Shown: piece by piece, positions 47,930 through 59,703 of the stretch | Layout of the letters: every line of letters starts with the position of its first letter | How positions within the stretch are numbered: the stretch's first letter is position 1 | From: Prorocentrum cordatum | Taxonomy: Eukaryota | NCBI GenBank assembly: GCA_963575745.1 | Contig: CAUYUJ010000225.1 | Location: 992,001-1,056,000 of the forward strand | Reading direction: 5' to 3' | Length of the DNA stretch: 64,000 bases | The notes under the pieces: model-generated | Told to the model about the DNA's origin: nothing | The model's database searches: none | Seen by the model: only the letters and a program-made list of their open reading frames with translations | Translations under genes and position numbers: made by a program

Positions 47930-50900
47930 TTACCTAGCCACCCTACGGGCCCTTCGGGCCGAATTGCCTCCAGAAGGGAGGTCCACAGCTTGGCGCGCAG
48001 CCCTGGCGATCGAACGGGCGACCGCGGCAGGAACCGCTCCGCTGGGGCCTCACGCTTCTCAAGATGGAGAAGACGGTGCAAGTGGAACATCAACGCCACT
48101 CCTCGAGTCGAATCCAGCGTGGGGACGACGAAGGCAAGGGCAGAGAGCGGGCCACTGGGCAACGGACGACCTAGGGCCACCCGCACCAGCTCGCGAAAGT
48201 GTTGACACCAGAAATAGTGCTTCAGGCTATCTGGGGCATCACAACCCAGACAGCACCTACGGTCCCGATTCTGGAGACGGGTGTCAGTGACCCATCCCCC
48301 GAACCAAGTCTTGATGCATGCGCACCTCCAGCTCGGGGGCGCACGCATCAGTACCTGCTCCGCGTCGTGCCACACTGCAGCCGCAGCCTCCATGGGGGGG
48401 CACTCCGAACCGTTTGGGGAGCCGCGACGAAATTAAGCCCCTCAGATCCCCATCCCTGGAGGCCCGCAGGCCCACTAAAAGTTCACGCTGAAGACGCCTC
48501 CCCCGCCCGCCCCCCCACCGCCCCGCCCCGCCTTGGCTGGGGGAAGGAAGGTGGAGCGCCGCTCTTTTCGAGCAGCTCGCGCCCCGCCACCTCCGCACGC
48601 GCCAGCGTGACGGCGGGGGCGGGCGACTCCCACCAGGATGGCCAGGGCTGGCCTGTCGTGCACCGCACCAGCGGCAGCCTGCGGGAGGCCACCTCACTCA
48701 GGCGCGCAGCAGCCCTCCGCCAGGTCTCGAGCGTCGAGAGGGCCGAGCGCATGAGGGACGCCGCCAGGATGTCAGACGTTGGCACACATCTTGGGCCCCC
48801 CAGCGTCTCGAGGTCGAAGAACGTGTTCTTCTTGAACAGGCTTCCCGAGCATCTGGCCAGCCGGCACAGCAGGAAGCGCTCATCATCAATCAGCTCGGAC
48901 GGCATCGGCCAGAGCTGCGCCTTGTAGGCCAGGACGGGCTGGCACCGTCGACTGTGCTCAAAGAAGACAGCCGTCATGTCCAGTGGCGAGGCCGCGAGCG
49001 CCAGGACCCTCTCGCGCATGCGCGCAAGTGGCGCAGCCCACTGGGCCGCAAGCGATGCACCAGGGCCCACAAGGCACCCCAGCAGCTCCACCGCCGAGGC
49101 CACGGTGAAGGAGCCCCACCCGCAGGCCTCCTCCAGACACTGCCTCATCGCGTCCTCCACCTCCGCCGAGAACGGGGCCCAGAGCGGGGCGGCCGCGCAC
49201 TTCTTGGGCTGGGGCTGGAGGCCAGCGAGGCGCTCTGCGAGGCGGAAGATCCTCGCCAGGGTGCGGAGCCCCCGCCTGCAGTAGATCAGGGCCTGGATGT
49301 CATCAGCACACCAGCGGGTCATGCCAAGAGCCTTGGCCTCCAGCTGCTGCAAGTGCGCCTCCACGAACGGCTGCGCGCCGATCACGAACATCGCCCCAGA
49401 GAGCGGGTCCCCCTGCAAGATCCCGCACAGGATGACAAAGAGGACCCAGTGGCAGGGCCCCGCCTCCACGACCTCGACGTTGGCGTAGGACTCCTTCAGC
49501 AGGTGCCCCAGGCCGAGCGGCACCGCCCACGCCTCCAGAACCCGCCACATCCAGCCGTGGAGGAGCGACGGGAAGGCGTGGGCGAAGTCGAAGCTCAGGA
49601 GGGTCGGCCCCTCCCAGCCACGAGCCTTCTCCAACGCGCACATGGAGGCGACGCGGGACATCGCGTCCAGCTCCACCAGGTTCTCCAAGAAGTTCCGCCC
49701 CGTGATGAAGCCACGCTGCGCCTTTGATGCGCCACGGTCAATCATGCCCTTCAGCCTGAAGTTCACCGCGGAGGCGATGGCCTTGGGGCCCGTGGAGCGC
49801 AGCATGAGTGGTCGGGTCTCATTCGGCTTCCTGATCACCTCCATACCATCACCATCCAGCACCTTCTTCGGCGGGAAGATGGCGATGCTCATGTTGAACT
49901 CCCTACGCATGGGGCGGCCCAAGGTCATCCACCTCATGGCCGCGAGGAGCACCTCAGAGCCCGCCGAGTGCATCAGCCACGCCCGCGCAGGCAGGCCATC
50001 AACCTCAGGTGCAGCAGGCCGCGCACGTCGCAGAGCCTCCTCGATCCGCATGGCCGAGGGGGGCGCCAGGGAGCTCCACTCAACCTCCTTCATGCCGTAC
50101 TCCGCGATGAAGACCTTGGAGTCCCGCTCACGACGGCAGCGCTCCGAGGAGATGCCCTCGGCTGCCAGGCGCGCAGCGCGTGCAGGGGGGCAGAAGACCT
50201 CGCCCCAGTGGTTCGCCAGCGCCTCATGGATCTCGGCGGGCGAGGTGAGCAGCCTGCCGTCAGGTGCTTCCACGGCAGCGAGATGCCGCCGCGGTAGGAA
50301 CGACCAAAGAGCAGCACGACGTTCCAGGGCACGGCGCTGACCAAGGAGACGACGGCGATCAGAGACACGTAGCTGCTCTTCATCAACTTCAAGCTCCGCC
50401 TGGATCTCGGCACGCCTGGCCCTGGCCACGCGCCACTGCGCCAGGGCAAAGCGTCTGAGGAACTCCGCATGGTTCTTCAGCACCACCACGCCCTTCACCA
50501 CATCTACAGTCATCAGCTCCTCCAGCCACGTGTGCCGCACGAGGGGCTCCTCCGCCAACGATGCGTGTTGGCGCGCCACCACCCTTGCCACTTGCCTGAA
50601 GATCAGCGCCGCGCACCGCTTCGACCATGCCATGCCCTGCAGCTGCGCGTCCCGAGTCTCGGCCGCAGCCGCCTGCATGGCTCTCACGTGCGTGCACCTG
50701 GTACATGTCGGGCGGGGCGCGCATCGACAGGTCCAGCACCTCCACATACTGGGCCAGCTTCTCCTTGAACATGGGGGAGTTCACGATGTCCTGGGGGATC
50801 GGGGCAGGCCTGAGCGGGTCACGAGGACGCAGGGGGCGCCACATCCACGTGATCAATACAGGCGCGTGGTCGCTGATGTCCCTCCTGTGCAGCTCCTCTG

Positions 50901-51760
50901 GATCACCAAGTACCTCACACTGCTGGTAGCGCTGGGCCACCAGCCAGGATGGGGCGCCCAGGAAGACCCGATCGATCCTAGTCTCGAGCTGGAGGCCAGG
51001 ATGCCAGTGGGTCGCACGCGGCGCCACCATCTCCACAACATCACTCAAGCAGCGCTGCCAACGCTGCTCTGGCGGGTGCCGAGCAGCAGCAACAGAGCGT
51101 GGAGGAGCGTCATCGCCAAAATGGCAGTGCTCCAGCCTGTCGCCGAAGTTGAAGTCACCCACCACAAGTACCGCCGCCCTGACGGGGTCCCGCTTGGCCT
51201 CGAAGAGGTCGGCCGAGATCTTTGCCTGGACCCGTCGTTGCAATCCGCAGTCCAGACCATGGTTGTGAATGTTCCAGTGTGTAAGCGTGCATGGCCTCCC
51301 CCTGTCATCACTGAACTTGGCACATATACGCATAACTCTGCCAGGCACCAGTATAGACGATTCCCGCGCCACGCTCTCATCATCATCAGCCCTACGCATA
51401 GGGAATAGAGTGGCCAGCCCTCCAGTATCTTCACGTTCTCCCTCACAGAACGAGGTAAATACTCGGGCTCGAATTCCCGCATGTTTGAGCAGCTCAGTCA
51501 AGCGGATGTGCGAGCCATGCACCTCCTGCAGTCCCAAGATGACCGAGTCGCGCTTCCAAAACTTGGCAAGGTACTTCGCCCTCGCTTTCGCCGTAGCAGG
51601 CTTGAAGTGGCACAGCGCTCTAGCATTCCAAGTGGCAGTGGTGAACACGAAGTCAGCCGCAGCAGCGCGTGGACCTACAGGGGCAGCACGTCCATGCCCC
51701 ACACCAGCTCCCAGCGGGCTGATCTCATCCCTTGCTTTAAAGGCCAGACGTCCGGCCGGG
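47930..51760 (-). pseudogene. LINE ORF2 (APE endonuclease, reverse transcriptase, Cys/His knuckle), frameshifted near 50720 and 48450
   Basis: APE motifs TWNARAL, LQEVHG, VGDFNF, RIDRVF, SDHAPV. RT motifs RPLML, QRGFITGR, DFAHAFPSL, GILQGDPLSG, CADDI. C-terminal CCLGCDAPDSLKHYFWC. Confidence 0.9.
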
Positions 51761-51883
51761 GGGAAATTCGAAGAGGCCACACCAGCTCCCTCTTGACCCC
51801 CATCTCCGTCTCGCCGTAGTCCTCCCCCAGCCTCCGCAGCGCCGTCATCCCTCCTCCGCCGACCCCAGCGAGCCGCTGCCTTG

Positions 51884-53086
51884 TCAAAGGCACCACTCCG
51901 CCGTCGACGGCGCCAGGATGGGCGCCACAATCTGCTCCAGCTGCTCACGAGGAAGTTGGTGTTGGCGCAGGACAGCAGCGTTCCACTGGACTACCGGTGG
52001 GGGGCCTGGGCCCTCGATCGCAATCTTGACCAGGGGCTGCCACGCCATGGAGAGGGTTCCCTCCAGCTGGTCGGGGCCGACAGGGTCGACGAAGATACGC
52101 TTCGAGAGACCCTCCTCGAGCACCCTCCGCATCTTCTTGAGCGTGATCTCGTAGGACGCCTGCCGCGAGTTCTTATCCTTGCTGAGGGACAACGGCGTCG
52201 AGTGGCCAGTCGGTGTCGAGGCAGCAATCTGACGCCAAGTGCCTCCAGGCCCTCCACCTCGAAGTGTGGGCACCAGCTTGCGCACCCTACGTTCGGCCAA
52301 TCCCACATATCCCTCCATCCTGACCGCGAAGCGCTGGCCCAAGTCATCGCCCTCGACCTTCGCGACCTCTGCGAGCTGCGCGTCCGCCAACACAGGCGCC
52401 ATGGCGCGCTCCACCGCCGCGCGCATGAGCGGGGCCTTGGAGGTGACGACCATGACCGCGCGGTCGATCGCCCTGCTCCAGGCAGGCCCAGCCTCAGGCG
52501 GGGGTGGAACACCCGCAGCAACCACTCCGAGCTCACGTTGAAGCTGCGCCAGGTCCGCCGTGTGCTTCGCCATGATTATGTCCGACTCCTTCTGCCTCCT
52601 ACACATATCGTCCTCGAGCCGCCTGATGTCCTCCTCTTGCTGCTGTTGGACGCGCTCGACCTTCCCCTGTCTGCTCTCGAGGAGGGCCGTGCGGCGCTCA
52701 AGAGCGCGCTGGATGCCGTCGAGAGTCTTGTCCATGTTCTGCAAGAGGCGCTCCTGGCTGGAGCGCACCTCAGCGAAGAGCGACTCCCGCAGGAGGGCGA
52801 TGGCCGCCGCAGCCTCGGGTGGCGCGCCATCCAGCCCAGCGGTGTCCTCCCCCAGGACGGGCGTGGCCATGCCGCCCACAGGAGTGCAGGGGGCCATCCG
52901 CTGCGCACCGTGCCCCACGGGGGCAGCACCAAGGCCAGCAGCAGCCGCCGCCCACGGGTCGTGCGAGGTCGCCGCCGTCTGCGAGGGCAGCGTGGGGCAG
53001 GCCGCCTCCGCCTCCAGGAAGGCCGCCTCCTCAGCTTTGAGCGCAGCCAGGGCCGCCCTCTTGGCCTCCTCTCGCTCCGCCTCCAC
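51884..53086 (-). CDS. LINE ORF1-like coiled-coil protein (~400 aa; true start uncertain)
   Basis: Open frame upstream of the APE domain, with a long heptad-rich segment (LERRTALLESRQGKVERVQQQQEEDIRRLE). Confidence 0.7.
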   Translation of the reverse strand: MEAEREEAKRAALAALKAEEAAFLEAEAACPTLPSQTAATSHDPWAAAAAGLGAAPVGHGAQRMAPCTPVGGMATPVLGEDTAGLDGAPPEAAAAIALLRESLFAEVRSSQERLLQNMDKTLDGIQRALERRTALLESRQGKVERVQQQQEEDIRRLEDDMCRRQKESDIIMAKHTADLAQLQRELGVVAAGVPPPPEAGPAWSRAIDRAVMVVTSKAPLMRAAVERAMAPVLADAQLAEVAKVEGDDLGQRFAVRMEGYVGLAERRVRKLVPTLRGGGPGGTWRQIAASTPTGHSTPLSLSKDKNSRQASYEITLKKMRRVLEEGLSKRIFVDPVGPDQLEGTLSMAWQPLVKIAIEGPGPPPVVQWNAAVLRQHQLPREQLEQIVAPILAPSTAEWCL

Positions 53087-53411
53087 GTCTCGGGGGACTG
53101 GCGCCCGCTGCGCCTGCGGCGGCGCCTCTCCCCGCTCCTGGACTTCTCACGGGAAGACGAAGAGGAGCCGCCCGAGGAGGGCGCACGGCCAGCAGCACCA
53201 GGAGCGCCGCCATCACCCACATGCGCACCATCCCTCGCAGGACCCATGGCTTCTCAACTGGAAGCGTTCGGGCCGACAGGAACGGGAAAGGCCTCCGTTT
53301 ACCCACCGACCTGAGCGCTGGTGAGGTGGGCCCGAGATGACGCCAGACTTCAGGAAGTCTTGCCAGCCGCGGACTAGCGGTATCCGCTTGGTTCCCTGGG
53401 GAAACCCGCAT

Positions 53412-53433
53412 CTTGAGCCAAAATGGCTACGGA
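53412..53433 (-). other. Perfect dinoflagellate spliced-leader sequence (retro-copied), TCCGTAGCCATTTTGGCTCAAG
   Basis: 22/22 match to DCCGTAGCCATTTTGGCTCAAG. It is not followed by a GT donor, so it is not an SL RNA gene. Confidence 0.95.
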
Positions 53434-54229
53434 AGAAGGTGGAGGAGGAGGAGGAGGAGGAGGAGGAGGAGGAGGAGGAGTAGGAGGAGGAGGAGGAGGA
53501 GGAGGAGGAACCGCCGTCGTCGTCGTCGTCGCCGTCGCCGTCGTCGTCTTCCCCACCCATCCCATCTGGGGGGGACCGATGTAACCCTGGGACCCATCCC
53601 ATCTGGTCGGAGGGCCTGTGAACCAGGAGCCCCGGATCATCTATGTCGACCCCGATCTCCGACTTCGCGGTGTCTTCGAATGGACCGAACATGTAGGGCC
53701 CAACTCGCAGATATACAATCATGGAGGCGCCCATCCTCGATAGGGGTGCGTCCGAGCCTCATGGGGGTGTATCATCAAGGGGTGTCCAACGGAATCAAGA
53801 TTTACAACACGATTAAATCTAAATTTAACTGTAGTTTGTCTGTGCGTCAGGGTAGTACGTGTGCGCAAATGGTGAAACAATCAAGTCTAGATCGCATTGT
53901 TGAAAAATCATGATTCGATTGATTCTCATCGCCGAAGTTCCCTCCCTTTCTGAGCGGCTTGATCCTTCGTGCACAGGTCGGCGGCTGCGGGGCGAGAAAA
54001 CACCTGCGAGTCAAAGCCGCGCTCCCGCCCGCGCAGGTCGGGGCGACCCGTGCGCCGCTCGTGCCCGCCCACGAGGGAGCGAACACAAGACGGCCAGAAG
54101 AAGTACTCTGGGTTTCAAGCGTGGGGGGGTAACCTCGCGTCGTCGTCGCGCCGCGACGGGGGTCGGAGCGCCTTCGGCGCGCGGTGGCTGCCCGCGACGG
54201 GGGTCGATGTGGGGCTGTCGGCGGGGATT

Positions 54230-56830
54230 CCTATCCCGTCAGCACAACACCCATCATGCGAAGGAGCACAGCGCGCACGGGCGCGCTCGCGCGCGGGCCC
54301 GCCCTGGCAATTTGCGAATCAAGACGAACTCAAACAATGCCCTTAACCTGTTCTTCTGGTTTCCAGACGACTTTCATATCCCGACAGCACAACGCTTACC
54401 ATGCAAAGCAACGCGGCGCGCACGAGCGCGGGCCCGCGAGCCCGCCCTGGCACTGGGCCGATAAAGAACAGCACGCGAAACGCGCATGCTAAAGTCAACA
54501 TCATTTGCTCCCTCAAGGTATCCTTTGGTTTTCCACGGCCGACGTGGCGACTGCCCCATTCCGACAATACGACACACACCATGCAACACGGCGCGCACAG
54601 CTGGGACCCGACAGCCAGAAACCTTTCACAAGAAACCCAACCCTAAGACCCCAAAACGTCCATGGATTTGTGGCGCGGGCACGTCACGCTTTCCATCGCA
54701 CAACCATCAAACCCAAGAAACCCAAAGCACCCTGGAGGCAAGCAAGGTGCTTCTTGGCACGGCCCCCACTGCATGGGCGCGCGCGCGGGGCCCGCCCTGG
54801 CAATTGACCAATGGAAATCGCATGCGAAAACGCGCATGTTGAACTCGCGATGTTTATTGTTTCTCCCGTAAGGGTTCTGTTGTTGGTGGTGTTGTTGTTG
54901 TGTTGTGTTTTTGAACATTATTTATTTTAAAGAATAATTATTGTTGGGCCCCCTGGTGCGCGCCCCCCCTGCGCCGCCTAGGCCGCAGCTACATTTTCAT
55001 CATTTTCGTGAGGAAGCCTCAGAAAAGAGGGTGTGTACAGGATCCGGTTGTTTTGTTGTAATCCGCTTTCCCTTGCAAAAAACAATAGAAAATGACATTT
55101 CTTGTTCTAATATAATCAAATTTCAAGAATCCCTTGCAAAAAATAAGGTAAAGTGGACATTCGCGCGCGCAAGACGAAATCCTTCCAAAACCTTAGTGTT
55201 CGCAGCGATTTTAACATAAAAACATCAAAAAAACCAATGGTTTTTCAACAAAAAATTGTCAAAATCTCATCCCGCGCGCTCTTGCGGATTCGTAGGAAAC
55301 CCAACACTTTTTAAACATTTCTGTCAAACGGGCTTTTGCGAGCAACTTTTTCGAACTTCTGCGACAACGGTTGCGCACCTGCCAGGGCCATCATCCCTGT
55401 CAAATAATACCATGCGGGACACATTCGTTTTTTCTTCGCGCGCGCACGCCGAAATCTCCAAAAACCATTGGGCTTCTTAAGAATTTTAGCACCGCGCATC
55501 ATAAAATCACACGAATCGCACCGTAGGTCCTCGAAAAACACCGGCGGGGACGTGAGGATCAACCATCGGGACAACCATCGGGACAACCATCGGAACAACC
55601 ATCGGGACAACCATCGGGACAATCATCGGGACAGTCATCGGGACAACGATCGGGACAAGCACAACCATCAGGACAACCATCGGGACAATCATCGGGACAA
55701 CGATCGGGACAACCACAACCATCAGGACAACCATCGGGACAACCATCGAGACAACCATCGGGACAACCATATCCTCTCTCTCTTGTGTATTCCCACATCC
55801 CTCAGGAATTTGCCCTAAAGATGTGATCAACTATCTTGTGAGTACGTATCATGTGTATCATGTGTATCATGTACCATATGCATCATATGCAACAGATGTT
55901 CTGTGGAAGGCTTAACAACTTCTGTGGGTTAACAAGGCTTAACAACTTCTGTGGGTGTACGAACGTAGGCTTAACAACTTCTGTGGGTGTGTACTCCACG
56001 CCAGTGTAGTAGCCACGGTCGTCCGCAGGCCACGAAGTGAAGTGTCCGAACGTCATAGGGCGGGAAGCTGGGTGTGGGTGGTGGCGAAGAGTCGTGTGGA
56101 TATTTGGTAGAGCTTGCACTGCCCCCCCACAAAGTGGGGGTATTGGCTGGCGTCGCATGAAAACCCTGGCACTGGTGAGAACACTGAGCGTTCGGGTAAA
56201 GTGATTGTTGTTGTTGTTGTTGTTGTTGTGGTTTGTCCGCGCTCACATGCTGGGCGGGTGCATCGCGACCACCTGCGGACCCCCTCAATAGTCACCCGCC
56301 GCGCCGCTTCCAGCGGCGGAGGGGGCGGAGGGCACGATGGAGGGCACGCGCTGCGAGTGCCCTCCCTGAAACAAGAAGACGTCCGACGATGGTCGAGCGT
56401 CCAGAGCCAACGCAGCGACATGCCTGTCCCGACAATGCAACACCGACCACGCGAAAGAACATGACGCGTATGAGCGCGTGCGCACGCGGGCCCGCCATGG
56501 CAATGTGCCAATGCCCGCCGCGTGCGAAAAGCGCATGTCGACGTCAAAAGTTGCATTTAGTTGTGTACTTCCAGAGCCAACATAGCGAAATGCGCATTCT
56601 GACCATGCAACGCTGACCATGCGACGAAGCACGGCGGACACGAGCGCGGGCCCGCCAATTGGCCAATCCAAGTCGCATGCGAAAAACGCATGCTGAAGTA
56701 AATGCAATATTTCTCTATATTAAAGCTTCCTTCGGACTCCCAAAACCAACATGGCGACGCTCCTGCTCCGACAATGCATTGTTGCACCCCCTGCCATGTC
56801 ACGGAACAGGGCGCGCACCAGTGCGGGCCC
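54230..56830. repeat. Degenerate dispersed repeat region (GCGCGGGCCCGCCCTGGCAAT / GCGAAAACGCGCATG motifs) with an AT-rich core and short tandem repeats
   Basis: Motifs recur at ~54290, 54425, 54780, 56485 and 56643. AGGCTTAACAACTTCTGTGGGT occurs three times at 55908-55990. Confidence 0.6.
55560..55770. repeat. 12-bp minisatellite (ACAACCATCGGG)n
   Basis: Same unit as 11710-12090. Confidence 0.9.
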
Positions 56831-57079
56831 TCCTCGTTTCGCTGCTAGCCCTCCGAATCTGCGCGGGTGCCAATCATTCAATGTACCTTCGGCGCAGTGG
56901 GGTTTCGTCGATGGCGGGGCGTTCTAGCGATTTCGCCGCTGGCTCTCCAAACCCGCGCGGGTGAAACAGACTCAAAGAACTTTCGGCGAAATGTTATTGT
57001 TCGGCGGCGCGAAATTCTAACAAATTCGCCGCTGGCCCCCCGAATCCGCGCTCCCCGGCAAAACCTATACATTAGAACC

Positions 57080-57432
57080 AGAGCAACTCTTTTTCCCTAC
57101 AGCAGGGACATGATTCGGACGAAAGCCTCGAAACGTCTTGGCCAGAGGTTAAAGTTTGCACGCTCTCTCACTCCTCCCAGGGAGGGCCGAAGACGGGCTA
57201 TGGAGAGAGGAGGAGAGGGGGCAGACCAGGGGGAGAGCGAAGTTCCAATGTTTAAACTCCTGGATCGTTTAGCAAGTCGGATTGAGGCTATACATCGCCG
57301 AATTACAAAAGCCCAAGCTCAAACCGTTCAAGAACATATAGAGCAACTCTTTTTTCCACACAGCAGGGCCATGATTCTGACGAAAGCCTTGAAACGTCTT
57401 GGCCAGAGGTTAAAGTTTGCACGCTCTCGCAC
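57080..57432. repeat. Pair of ~90-bp direct repeats (57080-57170, 57340-57432); likely split-direct-repeat terminus
   Basis: AGAGCAACTCTTTTTCC...GAAACGTCTTGGCCAGAGGTTAAAGTTTGCACGCTCTC occurs twice. Confidence 0.85.
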
Positions 57433-57499
57433 TGCTCTCGCGCTCCTCCCCAAGTGCCGAATTCGGGAGTTCACTAGGGTTGGGCAGGGTGGGGGCATT

Positions 57500-58200
57500 T
57501 GACAGTGCGCAAGCAATGGCGGATAAGCGGCAGCTGGACGAGCACGGGCACTTCCTTCAAGCTGAAAATGAGGAAGTCCCGTGAGCGAGCATCTTCCATT
57601 ACGGCCACGGCATTTCCTACAGAGGTCTCTGAGATCGTCCTCTACTACATGGCAAAACATCAGTCTAGTCGGCTTCTTGCATGGGGCCCCGAATTGACAT
57701 TGATCTAGTTCTACAAGGTTGACCCCGGGAAGAAAGGCCAGGGCTTGGATTTCGCGCGTGGGGCACAGCCGAGAAGTGAGCGGGTGCTCAAGAAAGGCAG
57801 GGACCTTGAGCTGCTGAAAAACGGCAAAAAGACCTATGGCGGCTTTGGCGACACGATTGCCCTCGAGGACCTTCTCCGCATCCGGTCCGCTCAGCAGCGG
57901 CCTGGGCAAACCCCAGGGACTCTCTTGATAGCGAATCTTCGAGGCGCGGTCGCGTGCGATCGAGAAAGTCTGGCACGAGGGGGCAAGCGCGGCCGCCAAG
58001 GTGCGGCCGCGCCGAGCCTCGCGCCGGATCGGGGCAAGGACTCGAGGGTCAGCGAGGCCTTGCCAAACTGCGTCGTGAGCCTTGTCCCAACTACGGCATC
58101 TGAAGCCAAGTGTCTCGCCAGCCCTCGAGATGCATCTGCTGCCAGCTAAGATCGGCTTTGTACCGCCCTTTCAGGGCGAAGCGTTGAGACGCAAGGCTCT
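57500..58200 (-). pseudogene. C5-cytosine DNA methyltransferase-like domain
   Basis: LAPSCQTFSIAR (PC motif), LEHPLTSRL (ENx position), DQCQFGAPCKKPTRL, AAAYPPLLA. N-terminal motif I is frameshifted. Confidence 0.7.
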
Positions 58201-58227
58201 TGCTCCTACTACCACGGTACGTGTGTC

Positions 58228-59328
58228 TCAGCTTGGAGCGCGGGCCTGCCAAGCCAACATCTCCTGACGGAAACGGACGGGATGAGCAAGGCCCAGCATG
58301 ATCTGCATGAGGTGAGCTTCGCAGGACTCGTACAGCCGCCTCTGGTCTGGCGGGTAGCGCTCGTACTCGGCGCTGAGACGGCCGCTGTGCTCGCGCCGGT
58401 GCATGCTCCGCGCCTGGGCCCAGCATCCGCGGCGTCGGACTTCCTCGAACGTCCGTGCACGCCGGCCCACGTTGATGCTGGCGCCCGAGTGGCGCAGCTG
58501 GTGCAAAGTTATCTTCCCAGCGCCGACCTCGGCAGCGGCCAGTGACACGGCCTCCGAGAGCACCAGGTAGTTGAACGGCCACAGCTTCTCTGTCCCCCCG
58601 GCAGCTCGCAGATGGGCGGAGAGGGGGCCCAGACCTCGCAGGTAGCTCGAGTCCAGCAGGCAGCCCTCGTCATAGCGGTTCGTCTTGCTCGGCCTGCCTT
58701 CCTCCTCCAGGTGTGCGAGGAGGCTCCAGCTGTCCACCGCTGCGCGAGACGGAGGCACCAGGTCGCATTTCCGAGCGGCCAGGAGGGAAGAGGGCCTCGA
58801 ATAGGCCGAGAGGCCGACCGCCAGGAACAGGGCCACGAGCGCCAGCCCCTTGTCCACCAGGCGCCACATCACGGCCGCCCAGACTGCGAGGGGCAAGGCC
58901 CGGCGGGTGCGAGACGGCGTCAGCCGCCTCCAGGCCTTCAGAGCCCGCCAGGTGCGCGGCAGGGACCGACCCCCCCGACGGCCGAAAGCCGGGTGCCAGT
59001 CCAGCAGCGCGGCCCCGGTCTGGTCCCCGAGGCTGCTCTGCTCGCCCCCAAGGTACATCGCGGTGAAGTAGTCGCAGAGGAGGCAGTCCACGCGCTCGTC
59101 CTTGGCCTGCGCCAGCTTCTCGTCGGACAGGCCTGCATGCGAGTAAAAGCGATCGAGATGCTTGGCGTAGCGGTCCCTCGTGCGGCGCGTCACCGCCAGG
59201 CGCTCCAGCAGTGTTCCCCCCTCCGAATTGCTCTGCATGATCAGGTCCGCGTAGAGCGCCGCTCGCCGTCGGCGCCGGGAGTCCTGGAGGACGCGGGACC
59301 TCCGCTGAGCCGCACTCGCCTGGTTCAC
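58228..59328 (-). CDS. Tyrosine recombinase (probably inactive)
   Basis: YSRPSSLL (R), PSKT (K), HQLRHSGAS (HxxR), RRGCW. The expected catalytic Tyr appears substituted (SMHRRE). Confidence 0.85.
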   Translation of the reverse strand: MNQASAAQRRSRVLQDSRRRRRAALYADLIMQSNSEGGTLLERLAVTRRTRDRYAKHLDRFYSHAGLSDEKLAQAKDERVDCLLCDYFTAMYLGGEQSSLGDQTGAALLDWHPAFGRRGGRSLPRTWRALKAWRRLTPSRTRRALPLAVWAAVMWRLVDKGLALVALFLAVGLSAYSRPSSLLAARKCDLVPPSRAAVDSWSLLAHLEEEGRPSKTNRYDEGCLLDSSYLRGLGPLSAHLRAAGGTEKLWPFNYLVLSEAVSLAAAEVGAGKITLHQLRHSGASINVGRRARTFEEVRRRGCWAQARSMHRREHSGRLSAEYERYPPDQRRLYESCEAHLMQIMLGLAHPVRFRQEMLAWQARAPS

Positions 59329-59681
59329 GACGCTGTCGGAACCGCTCGTGTCGAGCTCGCCCTCGCCTTCCGCCGCGTCTGCGCCAGCGGGGGCCTCGGG
59401 CGCGAGGTCGGCGAGCGTCAGCGGGGCGGCAGCGGTGGCGTTGCAGAGCTGGTCTCCAGGCGGGCCCGAACGCTCCTCACTTTCGGTGGGGGCGGGCCCG
59501 GCCTCTCCAGCGTTCTCGTCTTCGCCTTAGCGGCCGGCAGCGCCTTCGAGCACGCGGCAGGCATCGCGCCCGGCCTCGGGAGGGCCCGCCGCCGCAAGCG
59601 GCCGCGGGGGCCGCAGCACCCGAGCCCGCATCTAGGACACGATACTCTTCGGGGATGCTGGCGAGGCGAGCTGAAACATCG

Positions 59682-59703
59682 CTAGGGCCAAAACGGCTAC
59701 GGA
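59682..59703 (-). other. Spliced-leader relic inside the DIRS-like element
   Basis: TCCGTAGCCGTTTTGGCCCTAG, 19/22 identity to the SL. Confidence 0.8.

Larger units (their letters stand above)
47901..53433 (-). mobile_element. Full-length APE-type LINE, SL-capped, with an 18-bp target-site duplication
   Basis: ORF1 followed by APE, RT and Zn-knuckle. Flanking direct repeat AGAAGGTGGAGGAGGAGG at 47883-47900 and 53434-53451. Confidence 0.9.

Noticed and set aside
50530..53314. Long plus-strand ORFs opposite LINE genes (also opposite the DIRS and cargo genes)
   Set aside because: They are antisense shadows of GC-rich coding sequence.
53412..53433. SL RNA gene
   Set aside because: There is no GT donor or SL intron after the 22-mer; it is joined directly to LINE sequence.
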